From the NCBI GenBank assembly GCA_002269645.1, contig NIVC01000061.1:434001-498000 (forward strand): a stretch of 64,000 bases of DNA, written 5' to 3'. The translations under genes and the position numbers were made by a program. Source of the stretch: Macrostomum lignano (lineage: Eukaryota). The first letter of the stretch is position 1; each line of letters starts with the position of its first letter. The notes beneath the pieces were generated by a model. That model was not told where the DNA came from. It saw nothing but the letters and a program-made list of their open reading frames with translations, and made no database searches. Shown in pieces: positions 31,000 to 42,714 of the stretch.

Positions 31000-32740
31000 T
31001 GACTGAGATGAGTTCCTCCCTAGATTAGAGATCTGAGTAAGATGAGGTCCTCACTAGATTAGAGATCTGAGTAAGATGAGGTCCTCACTAGACTAGAGAT
31101 CTGAGTGAGATGGAATCTTCACTAGATTAGAGATCTGAGTAAGATAGGGTTCTCACTAGACTAGAGATCTGAGTGAGATGGAATCTTCACTAGATTAGAG
31201 ATCTGAGTAAGATAGGGTTCTCACTAGATTAGAGATCTGAGTGAGATGGAATCTTCACTAGATTAGAGATCTGAGTAAGATGAGGTCCTCACTAGATTAG
31301 AGATCTGAGTGAGATGAGGTCCTCACTAGATTAGAGATCTGAGTGGGATGCGGTTCTCACTAGATTAGAGATCTGAGTGAGATGGAATCTTCACTAGATT
31401 AGAGATCTGAGTAAGATGAGGTCCTCACTAGATTAGAGATCTGAGTGGGATGCGGTTCTCGCTAGATGAGATCTGAGTGAGATGAGGTCCTCACTAGATT
31501 AGAGATCTGAGTAAGATGGGGTCTTAACTAGATTAGAGATCTGAGTGAGATGCGGTCCTCACTAGACTAGAGATCTGAGTGAGATGGAATCTCCACTAGA
31601 TTAGAGATCTGAGTGGGATGCGGTTCTCACTAAATTAGAGATCTGAGTAAGATGAGGTCCTCACTAGATTAGAGATCTGAGTGAGATTGAATCTTCACTA
31701 GATTAGAGATCTGAGTAAGATGAGGTCCTCACTAGATTAGAGATCTGAGTGAGATGAGGTCCTCACTAGATTAGAGATCTGAGTGGGATGCGGTTCTCAC
31801 TAGATTAGAGATCTGAGTGAGATGGAATCTTCACTAGATTAGAGATCTGAGTAAGATAGGGTTCTCACTAGATTAGAGATCTGAGTGAGATGAGGTCCTC
31901 ACTAGATTAGAGATCTGAGTAAGATGAGGTCCTCACTAGATTAGAGATATGAGTGAGATGGGGTCTTCACTTGATTAGAGATCTGAGTAAGATGGGGTCT
32001 TAACTAGATTAGAGATCTGAGTGAGATGCGGTCCTCACTAGACTAGAGATCTGAGTGAGATGGAATCTTCACTAGATTAGAGATCTGAGTGGGATGCGGT
32101 TCTCACTAAATTAGAGATCTGAGTAAGATGAGGTCCTCACTAGATTAGAGATCTGAGTGGGATGCGGTTCTCACTAAATTAGAGATCTGAGTAAGATGAG
32201 GTCCTCACTAGATTAGAGATCTGAGTGAGATTGAATCTTCACTAGATTAGAGATCTGAGTAAGATGAGGTCCTCACTAGATTAGAGATCTGAGTGGGATG
32301 CGGTTCTCACTAGATTAGAGATCTGAGTGAGATGGAATCTTCACTAGATTAGAGATCTGAGTAAGATGAGGTCCTCACTAGATTAGAGATCTGAGTGGGA
32401 TGCGGTTCTCGCTAGATGAGATCTGAGTGAGATGAGGTCCTCACTAGATTAGAGATCTGAGTGAGATGCGGTCCTCACTATATTAGAGATCTGAGTAAGA
32501 TGAGGTCCTCACTAGATTAGAGATCTGAGTGAGATGAGGTCCTCACTAGATTAGAGATCTGAGTGGGATGCGGTTCTCACTAGATTAGAGATCTGAGTGA
32601 GATGGGGTCTTCACTAGATTAGAGATCTGAGTGATGAGGTCCTCGCTATATGAAATCTGAGCGAGCTGGGGTCCTCGCTAGATTAGACATCTGAGTGAAA
32701 TGCGATCCTCACTAGATTAGAAATCTGAGTGATGCGGCCT
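31000..32740. repeat. 34-bp minisatellite (CTCACTAGATTAGAGATCTGAGTGAGATGAGGTC), internally palindromic
   Basis: Direct reading, about 50 units. Confidence 0.96.
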
Positions 32741-32762
32741 CCCTCAATGGGTGATCTGAGTT

Positions 32763-32770
32763 TATAAATA
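32763..32770 (+). promoter_or_regulatory. Candidate TATA box of the Ly6-like gene
   Basis: TATAAATA with an Inr-like TTCAAT about 30 nt downstream and the ATG about 200 nt downstream. Confidence 0.4.
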
Positions 32771-32963
32771 GAGCCGGACTGCACGGCAGAATTCAATATG
32801 TCTATGACCGGCTAAAAACATACTTCAAGTAGATAAGAGTTTTGATTTTTGCGCTTTGTGTTAATTTATGTAACCATTTGGGATAATTCTCGCTCGCTAG
32901 CAACTCAATTGGCCAACTAAAATTGACTGATTTAATTGGCAAGTGCCTCAGCTGCAGGCGGGC

Positions 32964-35764
32964 ATGGGATGGCTTGTGCTGCTCCTCTATGCATCACTCG
33001 GTAAGACTTTTGTACCTGCATCGGGATGGGAATCGGGATGGGAATCGGGATGGGAATCGGGATGGGAATCGGGATGGGAATCGGGATGGGAATCGGGATG
33101 GGAATCGGGATGGGAATCGGGATGGGAATCGGGATGGGAATCGGGATGGGAATCGGGATGGGAATCGGGATGGGAATCGGGATGGGAATCGGGATGGGAA
33201 TCGGGATGGGAATCAAGATGGGAATGAAGATGGGGATGGGGTTGGGAATCAAGATGGAGTCGTGAGTCGGTTCCCTCTGCGCCATCCAGCGGGTCTCTGC
33301 CGTGCCGAGATCGAGTGCTTCACGAATGGTATTTCGGCCTACCTATTCGACCACTTTGGCAAGGGCGGCCTCATCAAGTGCAAATCGAGCACCGAGTGCT
33401 TCGAGTCCTGGGCTAACTCTGACAGCTCTTCCGACTCCAGCATTGTGAGCTGAGCTGGGTATTCTAATGTTTTCTAATTATCATTCTTCTTACCCCACAT
33501 ACCTCACCCCTCACTCCTCTACACTCACCCCTCACCCTTCACCCCTTACCCCTCACCCCTCACCCCTCATCCCTCACCCCTCATTCCTCACCCTTCACCC
33601 CTCACCCCTCTACCCTTACCCCTTACCCCTCACCCTTCACCCCTCACCCCTCTACCCTCACCCCTCACCCCTCACCCCTCACCCCTCACCCCTCACCCCT
33701 CACCCCTCATCCCTCACCCCTCATTCCTCACTTCTCATCCCGCACCCCTCATCCCTCACCCCTCACCCCTCACCCCTCACCCCTCACCCCTCACCCCTCA
33801 CCCCTCACCCCTCACCCCTCACCCCTCACCCCTCACCCCTCACCCCTCACCCCTCACCCCTCACCCCTCACCCCTCACCCTTCGCCCTCGCCCTCGCCGC
33901 TGCAGAAGTACTCATCAGGCTGTACAGCTTGCGTCAAATGGTCGTTTGATTCGGAATGCAAGACCTGCAACACGCCGCTTTGCAACTTTCAACTGGCCAA
34001 GAAGATCACGCAGAATAACCTGCTTTGTTACTTTGCCGACGATGAAGCTAATATCGGAAAAAAGAGGGTCTGGTGCTCCAAAGATGCTGGAACCTGCTAC
34101 CATTTGGAGTACAAGAACAAGTATAATGAGGTGACCAAAATTTCTGAATAGCTGTATCAATTTATTACAGCTTAATTAACTCTAATCTAATCTAATATAA
34201 TCCAATCCAATATAATCCAATCCAATCCAATCTAATCCAAACCAATCCAATCTAATCCAAACCAATCCAATCTAATCCAATCCAATATAATCCAATCCAA
34301 TTCAATCCAATCCAATCCAATCTAATCCAATCCAATCCAATCCAATCTAATCCAATCCAATCCAATCCAATCTAATCCAATCCAATCCAATCCAATCCAA
34401 CCCAATCCAACCCAATCCAATATAATCCAATCTAATCTAATCCAATCCAATCCAATCCAATCCAATCTAATCCAAACCAATCCAATCTAATCCAATCCAA
34501 TCTAATCCAATCCAAACCAATCCAATCTAATCCAATCCAATCCAATCCAATCTAATCCAAACCAATCTAATCCAATCCAATCCAATCTAATCCAATCCAA
34601 TCCAATCCAATCCAATCCAATCCAATCCAATCCAATCCAATCCAATCCAACCCATTCCAATATTATCCAATCTAATCTAATCCAATCCAATCCAGTCCAA
34701 TCCAATCTAATCCAATCTAATCCAAACCAATCTAATCTAATCCAATCCAATCCAATCTAATCCAATCCAATCCAATCTAATCCAATCTAATCCAATATAA
34801 TCCAATCTAATCCTATCCAATCCAATATAATCCAATCTAATCTAATCCAATCCAATCTAATCCAATCCAATCTAATCCAATCCAATCTAATCCAATCCAA
34901 TCTAATCCAATCCAATCCAATCCAATCCAATCCAATCCAAACCAATCCAATATAATCCAATCTAATCTAATCTAATCCAATCCAATCCAATCCAATCCAA
35001 TCTAATCCAATCCAATCCAATCTAATCCAATCTAATCCAATATAATCCAATCTAATCCTATCCAATCCAATATAATCCAATCTAATCTAATCCAATCCAA
35101 TCTAATCCAATCCAATCTAATCCAATCCAATCTAATCCAATCCAATCTAATCCAATCCAATCCAATCCAATCCAATCCAATCCAAACCAATCCAATATAA
35201 TCCAATCTAATCTAATCTAATCCAATCCAATCCAATCCAATCCAATCTAATCCAATCCAATCCAATCTAATCCAAACCAATCTAATCTAATCCAACCCAA
35301 TCCAATCCAATCCAATCTACCAAACCAAACCTCAACCCAACCAGAACCGTTACCACGCTGGCTGCGGCAAGGGCTGGTCGGGCTGCAAGACGTGCAAAAC
35401 GTCGCTGTGCAATATCCCGGACTCGCAGCGCGCCTCGGCGGAGCCCTCCAGCGGCGTTGACTTTGCCGCGCTGTCGCAGGGCCAGCCGGCCGCCGTCGGG
35501 CGGGTGATCGGGCCGGTTGGCAGCAAAGCAGCTCGGCGGAGGACGCTGGCCAACGCCACCGCGGCCAGCGATTCGAAGGACGAGAAGAAGGGCGCCAAAG
35601 CCAAGGCTGCCAATCAGTTTGACTACGACTACGATGGCTGCGGCGACTTCAGGCCGGCAGCAGCTGCCGTGGCGGCCATGGCCCTGCTGTGCCTGTGGCT
35701 GCGCCTGCCGGGAGCACAGCCACAGACATTAATAATAGCAGTAGGACTCTCTTTGCTATGCTAG
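32964..35764 (+). CDS. Secreted Cys-rich protein with two Ly6/uPAR (three-finger)-like modules and a hydrophobic C-terminus (probable GPI signal), 278 aa
   Basis: Exons 32964-33000, 33290-33444, 33906-34130, 35345-35764 (GT-AG, phases 1,0,0, frame continuous). Signal peptide MGWLVLLLYASLAGLCRA. The modules end in ECKTCNTPLCN and GCKTCKTSLCN. Tail AAAAVAAMALLCLWLRL...IIAVGLSLLC. Confidence 0.82.
33022..33255. repeat. 12-bp repeat (GGGAATCGGGAT) in Ly6-like intron 1
   Basis: Direct reading. Confidence 0.97.
33500..33885. repeat. 7-bp repeat (CACCCCT) in Ly6-like intron 2
   Basis: Direct reading. Confidence 0.95.
34185..35340. repeat. 5-bp satellite (AATCC/AATCT) in Ly6-like intron 3
   Basis: Direct reading. 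Confidence 0.97.
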
Positions 35765-35844
35765 TTTAGTCCAGCTTTCATTTCAGACAGACACTGTGCA
35801 CGCAAATGTATATGCAGGATGGCAGTCAAAGCCGATTTACACTT

Positions 35845-36288
35845 CTCACTCACACACTTCTCACTCTCGCCCTTCTCACTCTCACACTTCTCACTCTCAC
35901 ACTTTTCACTCTCACACTTCTCAATCTCACACTTCTCAATCTCACAATTCTCAATCTCACACTTCTCACTCTCGCCCTTCTTACTCTCACACTTCTCACT
36001 CTCGCCCTTCTTACTCTCACACTTCTCACTCTCGCCCTTCTCACTCTCACACTTCTCACTCTCGCCCTTCTCACTCTCACACTTCTCACTCTCAAACTTC
36101 TCACTCTCGCCCTTCTCACTCTCACACTTCTCAATCTCACACTTCTCAATCTCACAATTCTCAATCTCACACTTCTCACTCTCACACTTCTCACTCTCAC
36201 ACTTCTCACTCTCACACTTCTCACTCTCACACTTCTCACTCTCGCCCTTCTTACTCTCACACTTCTCACTCTCGCCCTTCTCACTCTT
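35845..36288. repeat. 15-bp repeat (CACACTTCTCACTCT)
   Basis: Direct reading. Confidence 0.95.
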
Positions 36289-36804
36289 TAAGCTTAGAAA
36301 AATCTCTTAAAAACAACTTTCTTTCAAATTCTAGTCAGTGACTCAGATAAAAATTTCAGCTTCATGCTACTTACAAGTAACAAATACGAGCGTAAGTGAA
36401 TTTGCTTAAAAATAAGAACAAAGTTTCTAAAACATCTATTAAAATAGATTTTTTGGTTCACACGGGTAAAAGCAGCTGCCAAGACCAGAAGATATGACAA
36501 AGAGGATATTAAATGTCTTCTTGGGTTCCGTTATTTACAATTGTTCTGTGACTGGCAATTTTGTTCATACAAAGGTCTGTGATTAATATAGTTAATGAGG
36601 CATCAGAGTCTTAAATTTAGTGTCAAGTTTAGTGAGGTTGAGATGTCGATACTTAGCCATTCAGGCGGCTCTGAGCACTGCTGCAAGTCAAGGCAAGAGT
36701 AGGCCCATTCCGCAGGACCCCGGAGCACGCACACCCTCACACAGGGTCTGCACCAGCCGGAACACAATATGCACTCCCCGTGCACAAGCTTCAGGTATAG
36801 TTTG

Positions 36805-37460
36805 AGTTTGAGATTAGATTAGATTAGATTTGGAACTGGTTAGATTAGACTAGATTGGTTTTAGATTAGACTAGATAGATACCGACAAACCATTTCTAGT
36901 ATAGTGGATTAGATTGGATTGGATTAGATTAGATAAGACTAGGTTTGACTGGATTAAACTGGATTAGATTAGATTAAACTAAATTTAACTAAATTAGGTT
37001 AGATTAAACGAGATTAGATTAGATGATATTAGATTAGATTAGATGGGATTATATTAGATGAGATTATATTAAGATTAGATTTGATTTGATTTGATTTGAT
37101 TTGATGAGCTTAGGTTTGATGAGATTAGATTAAATTAGATAAGATTAGATAAGATAATATAAGATTAGATTAGATTTGGAACTGGTTAGATTAGACTGGA
37201 TTGGTTTTAGATTAGACTAGATAGATAGATACCGACAAACCATTTTTAGTATAGTGGATTAGATTGGATTGGACTAGATTAGATAAGACTAGGTTTGACT
37301 GGATTAAACTGGATTAGATTAGATTAAACTAAATTTAACTAAATTAGGTTAGATTAAATGAGATTAGATTAGATTATAATAGATGAGATTATATTAAGAT
37401 TAGATTTGACTTGATTTGATTTGATTTGATGAGCTTAGATTTGATGAGATTAGATTAGAT
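36805..37460. repeat. Degenerate (GATTA)n tract duplicated as two ~346-350-bp blocks
   Basis: GGAACTGG at 36832 and 37178; ACCGACAAAC at 36881 and 37231. Confidence 0.88.
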
Positions 37461-40400
37461 TCATACATTCTGCTCGCTGATGGAGCGGCTAGTTGTCGGT
37501 TTCAGCTTGCAGCCGATGCCAGACCGCAGCGACAGCTCGTCGACAACGCAGACGCTGCTGCAGCTGTCGAAGCCCTCGTTGGGACGCCCCCGCCCCGCTT
37601 GTTCAGCAGCCGTCGGCGCCACGCCGTTTGCCGCTGTGGGAGGAGGCCTTCGCCGCAACCGCAGTCGGGCCACCTCCAGAAAGTCGTGGAGCAGCTCAAA
37701 CAGCTCCATCAGCGACAGCAGCGACATGCCGAGAAACAGGCCGAGGAGGCCGCCCACGTCGGCCACGAGGCTGTTGAAGCTGTAGGCCAGGGCCATCTGC
37801 GTCTCGGAGCTGCGCAGCTCCGCCCCGGTGATCATAATCTGGGTCAGCGAGCCGCGCGCCTCGGCGATGCCGCTGCTGTTCTCGGCCAGGTATTTCATGC
37901 CGGGCGCGGGCACCGGCCCGTTGACAATGTACCGGTTGATGATTGGCACCAGGAAGTTCTGGAAGGTGCGCTCGCTCGGCCAGGTGCTGGAGGCGTACTG
38001 GTAGGAGTACACGCGACTTCGGCACGGCTTCAGGTCCTCGCAGATCCGCCGGGCCTCGTTGGAAATGTTCGACCGGGCGTCCAGCAGCTCGTTGGTGAAC
38101 ACGTGCGGCGCGAAGTGGACGGCTGAGCTTGAGTTGTCTTCGGTGAGGTTGAAGCAGCTGCGCATGTGGCGGAACTCCCAGGCCAGTGGGATCGGCCACA
38201 CGGAGCAGTTGAAGCGGGCCAGCGAGCGGCGGGCGATCTCCCGGTACCAGCAGGCGCCCTGGCTGAACTCGAATGTCTCCCTGGCCCCGCTGTACGGATT
38301 CACGAAGTCGATGGCGTCAGCTTGGCCGGGCGTGCACTGGCCGGCGAAATCAGATTCATCGTAGATCAAATCCTGCATGCGCAGCTGGATACGGTGCTGC
38401 AGACCCGGCCCCATCACGAGCTGCGTGTTCAGCTCGCTGGGGTAGTGGCCCTTCGGCACGAAGAACAGCCGCGTGCCGGCCGACCGGACGAAGTCGGTGC
38501 CGTAGGTGAAGTCCCAGTCGTAGGGCTTCAGGTCGAACGGGCCGTCGCTGTAGATTTGAATGTCGGCTTCGCTGGTGTCGAACGGCCGCGGCAGCTGCGG
38601 GTCGAGGAACATCACCAGGATGAGGGAGTCGCTGACGCTCTGCAGCTCGATTCGGGACGTCCTCGACCAGGTGAGCTTGAGGCAGGACAGGCGGGACGGG
38701 CTGTAGTGAACTTGCCTGTCCGACATGGTCAGGTCGTAGATTATGTCCTGGTCGATCCACCTGTAGCGAAGCAGTTGGGTTGGGGTCTGGGTTTCTTGTG
38801 CATTTTGAGTGCAGTTTGCACCCGAAAATTGCGATTTCCGCCTAGATTTTTGGGCAGAGGTGCAAACTAACATTCTAATAATGGGGGCACGCGCTTTCGC
38901 AATCTTAGAATCGCACCTGACTTCTCACCTCCACTTTTCTTGCTGTTAAGAAGGCGGGTTCTGGGTAGTTCTCCTTTATTTAACCCTTTTATTGCTTTTT
39001 TATTATTTATTATTAGGTGTGGCAAGGCTCTGAGGTGCGGGGAGGCTCTGAGGTGTGGGGAGACTCTGAGGTGTGGGGAGGCTCTGAGGTGTGGGGAGAC
39101 TCTGAGGTGTGGTGACACTCTGAAGTGTGGGGAGGCTCTGAGGTGTGGTGAGACTCTGAAGTGTGGGGAGGCTCTGAGTTGTGGGAGACTTAGAGGTGTG
39201 GGGAGACTCTGAGGTGTGAGGAGGCTCTGATGTGTGTGGAGGCTCTGAGGTGTGGGGAGGCTCTGAGGTGTGGGGAGGCTCTGAGGTGTGTGGAGGCTCT
39301 GAGGTGTGGGGAGGCTCTGAGGTGTGGGGAGGCTCTGAGGTGTGGTGAGACTCTGAAGTGTGGGGAGGCTCTGAGTTGTGGGAGACTTAGAGGTGTGGGG
39401 AGACTCTGAGGTGTGAGGAGGCTCTGAGGTGTGGGAGGCTCTGAGGTGTGGGGAGGCTCTGAGGTGTGGGGAGGCTCTGAGGTGAGGAGACGCTCTGAAG
39501 TTGGGGGAGGCTCTGAGGTGTGTGGAGGCTCTGAGGTGTGGGGAGGCTCTGAGGTGTGGGGAGGCTCTGAGGTGTGGGGAGACTCTAAGATGTGGGAGAC
39601 TTAAGAGGTGTGAGGAGGCTCTGATGTGTGGGGAGGCTCTGAGGTGTGGGGAGGCTCTGAGGTGTGGTGAGACTCTGAAGTGTGGGGAGGCTCTGAGTTG
39701 TGGGAGACTTAGAGGTGTGGGGAGACTCTGAGGTGTGAGGAGGCTCTGAGGTGTGGGGAGGCTCTGAGGTGTGGGGAGGCTCTGAGGTGTGGGGAGGCTC
39801 TGAGGTGAGGAGACGCTCTGAAGTTGGGGGAGGCTCTGAGGTGTGTGGAGGCTCTGAGGTGTGGGGAGGCTCTGAGGTGTGGGGAGGCTCTGAGGTGTGG
39901 GGAGACTCTAAGATGTGGGAGACTTAAGAGGTGTGAGGAGGCTCTGATGTGTGGGGACGCTCTGAGGTGTGGGAGACTTAGAGGTGTGAGGAGACTCTGA
40001 GGTGTGGGGAGGCTCTGAGGTGTGGGGAGGTTCTGAGGTGTGGGGAGGCTCTGAGGTGTGGGGAGACTCTAAGATGTGGGAGACTTAAGAGGTGTGAGGA
40101 GGCTCTGATGTGTGTGGAGGCTCTGAGGTGTGGGGAGGCTCTGAGGTGTGGGGAGGCTCTGAGGTGTGGGGAGGCTCTGAGGTGTGGGGAGGCTCTGAGG
40201 TGTGGGAGACTTAGAGGTGTGAGGAGACTCTGAGATAGCATTAAGAAAATGATAATGATTTCTTATCAATTCAAGATACGAAAAAAGTGTAAAAACGGAC
40301 TTTAAAATCGACGTAAAAGCCCAGCGAAGCGCTCGGGCACAACTTAGCGAGTCATTCGCCTCTTCTGTGTGCCCAAGGAGCGGCTGAGCTACTTATAGGT

Positions 40401-41579
40401 TTACAAAAGAAGAAGCTAGGGCAAATATACATTCCTGACGTCGGAGATCTTGCTGATGGATAAGTAGTGGTTTCCATGACTACCCTTGCTTCGATGTATT
40501 CTAAGAAAGCCCTAAGCTAAGTGTGTTTGTCTATAGAAAACAACCGTAACTCATGACCTGAATTTTTCATGGACCAGCATGTGAGGTACTACAGCAGCTG
40601 GTGAGGTACTACAGCAACAGGTGAGGTACTACAGCAACAGGTGAGGTACTACAGCAACAGGTGAGGTACTACAGCAACAGGTGAGGTACTACAGCAACAG
40701 GTGAGGTACTACAGCAGCTGGTGAGGTACTACAGCAACTGGTGAGGTACTACAGTAGCAGGTGAGGTACTAAAGAAACAGATGAGGTACTACAGCAGCAA
40801 CAGGTGAGGTACTACAGCAGAAGGTGAGGTACTACAGCAACAGGTGAGGTACTACAGCAGCTGGTGAGGTACTACAGCAACAGGTGAGGTACTACAGCAG
40901 CAGGTGAGGTACTACAGCAACTGGTGAGGTACTACAGCAGCAGGTGAGGTACTACAGCAGCTGATGAGGTACTACAGCAGCTGGTGAGGTACTACAGCAG
41001 CTGGTGAGGTACTACAGCAACAGGTGAAGTACTACAGCAGCAGGTGAGGTACTACAGCAGCTGGTGAGGTACTACAGCAGCAGGTGAGGTACTACAGCAA
41101 CAGGTGAGGTACTACAGCAGCAGGTGAGCCTGAACTCACCTGTGAGCCATCTCGTCAATAAGGAACCGATAAGGTAGGCTGTTGACCAAGCGCACAGCGT
41201 AGCTATCCAGGTAATATTCCACATCGACTCCTTTGTAATCCACCAAGCTGTAGTTCACCAGCTGTCGGTACTTTCTCAGCGTCTCAGCCCCGGCGGGGTT
41301 GAGCGTGGACGAGTAGCTTCCGGACACAGGCATCTGACTGCAGGCGTAGATTTCCGGGAACTCGAAGTCCAACGCCTTGGCCTTGATCGTTGTGGACACC
41401 TCGCGACTGACGAAGCGCCTGTAGGCTTCGGCCACTCGAAGTGAGCAGTAGGAGACCGAGGCGATGAAGGCGGCCGCCCATAGCATCTTCACGTAGCCTC
41501 GCCGGTTGCCGGTGAGGTGGACGAAGCTGTGCACCGTAGACTCAGACAGGTACTGCTGCAACGGGAGTAGCATGCTCAT
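37461..41579 (-). CDS. DEG/ENaC (amiloride-sensitive sodium channel superfamily) subunit, 2 coding exons, ~579 aa
   Basis: Exons 41140-41579 and 37461-38760 (phase-2 GT-AG intron, frame joins ...MAHR|WIDQ...). Pre-TM1 STVHS, TM1 KMLWAAAF, FPEIYAC, Cys-rich thumb, SSTWPS, TM2 ADVGGLLGLFLGMSLLSLMELFE. Confidence 0.93.
39015..40232. repeat. 18-bp minisatellite (GGGGAGGCTCTGAGGTGT) in the ENaC intron
   Basis: Direct reading. Confidence 0.95.
40580..41128. repeat. 20-bp minisatellite (CAGGTGAGGTACTACAGCAA) in the ENaC intron
   Basis: Direct reading, about 27 units. Confidence 0.96.
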
Positions 41580-41584
41580 GGCAG

Positions 41585-42310
41585 CGTCTGTCCGACTGTG
41601 TCCGTCGGGCTGTGTTTGTCCGACTGTGCCTGTCCGACTGTGTCTGTCCAACAGTGTCTGTCGGGCTGTGTCTGTCCGACTGTGTCTGTCCGACTGTGTC
41701 TGTCCAACAGTGTCTGTCGGGCTGTGTCTGTCCAACTGTCTGTCCGACTGTGTCTGTCCGACTGTCTGTCCGACTGTGTCTGTTTGACTGTGTCTGTCCG
41801 ACTGTGTCTGTCCGACTGTGTCTGTTCGACTGTGTCTGCCGGGCTGTGTCTGTCCGACTGTGTCTGTCCGACTGTGTCTGTCCGACTGTCTGTCCGACTG
41901 TGTCTGTCCAACAGTGTCTGTCGGGCTGTGTCTGTCCAACTGTCTGTCCGACTGTGTCTGTCCGACTGTGTCTGTTCGACTGTGTCTGCCGGGCTGTGTC
42001 TGTCCGACTGTGTCTGTCCGACTGTGTCTGTCCGACTGTGTCTGTCCAACAGTGTCTGTCGGGCTGTGTCTGTCCAACTGTCTGTCCGACTGTGTCTGTC
42101 CGACTGTGTCTGCCGGACGGCTGTGATCTGTCCGACTGTGTCTGTCCGACTGTGTCTGTCCGACTGTCTGTCCGACTGTGTCTGTCCGACTGTGTCTGTC
42201 CGACTGTGTCTGTCCGACTGTGTCTGCCGGACGGCTGTGATCTGTCCGACTGTGTCTGTCCGACTGTGTCTGTCCGACTGTGTCTGCCGGACGGCTGTGA
42301 TCTGTCCGTA
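41585..42310. repeat. 14-bp minisatellite (CTGTGTCTGTCCGA) directly upstream of the ENaC ATG
   Basis: Direct reading. Confidence 0.95.
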
Positions 42311-42714
42311 ACCGGCTATTTGAATTGCCGTATCCCGCTCATGGATTGGGGCGTCTCCTCCGGCGTTGCCATAGAGACCGGGTAGAGCGGAAGCAGGTGC
42401 GGTGTCCAATAGCGTTAGTGGGGGGAGGCATGTGAATGGTGGCTCAGCAAGCAATTACTGTAGCGGGGGGGGGCTCTCCAACACAGAGGCTGGAAATAAC
42501 TTTATCTTTGACCGCTGAGCCGTGGGCCAGCGATGAATTTTTTTTTATTAAAAATATTTGCCTCTCTGCGCAACTTCAATCATAGTGTAGATTCAGATAA
42601 TTTTCTATTCTACAGGCTGGCCATCTGGCCATCCTAATTCAGGTAAACAGTTCAGGCAAACCCGTTCCCTGGTCACGGCTGTTTGAGCAGCACTGCAGTT
42701 TTAGATCAGATGAT

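Noticed and set aside
31000-32740. CRISPR-like look of palindromic repeats with variable linkers
   Set aside because: The linkers are about 9 nt and drawn from a few recurring variants, not unique spacers. The context is eukaryotic and there are no cas genes.
37493-38870. Overlapping antisense and alternative-frame ORFs on the GC-rich exons (also at 13182, 17914-18632, 51058-52790, 54341-55485)
   Set aside because: Expected shadows of GC-rich coding sequence; the assigned frame carries the conserved motifs.
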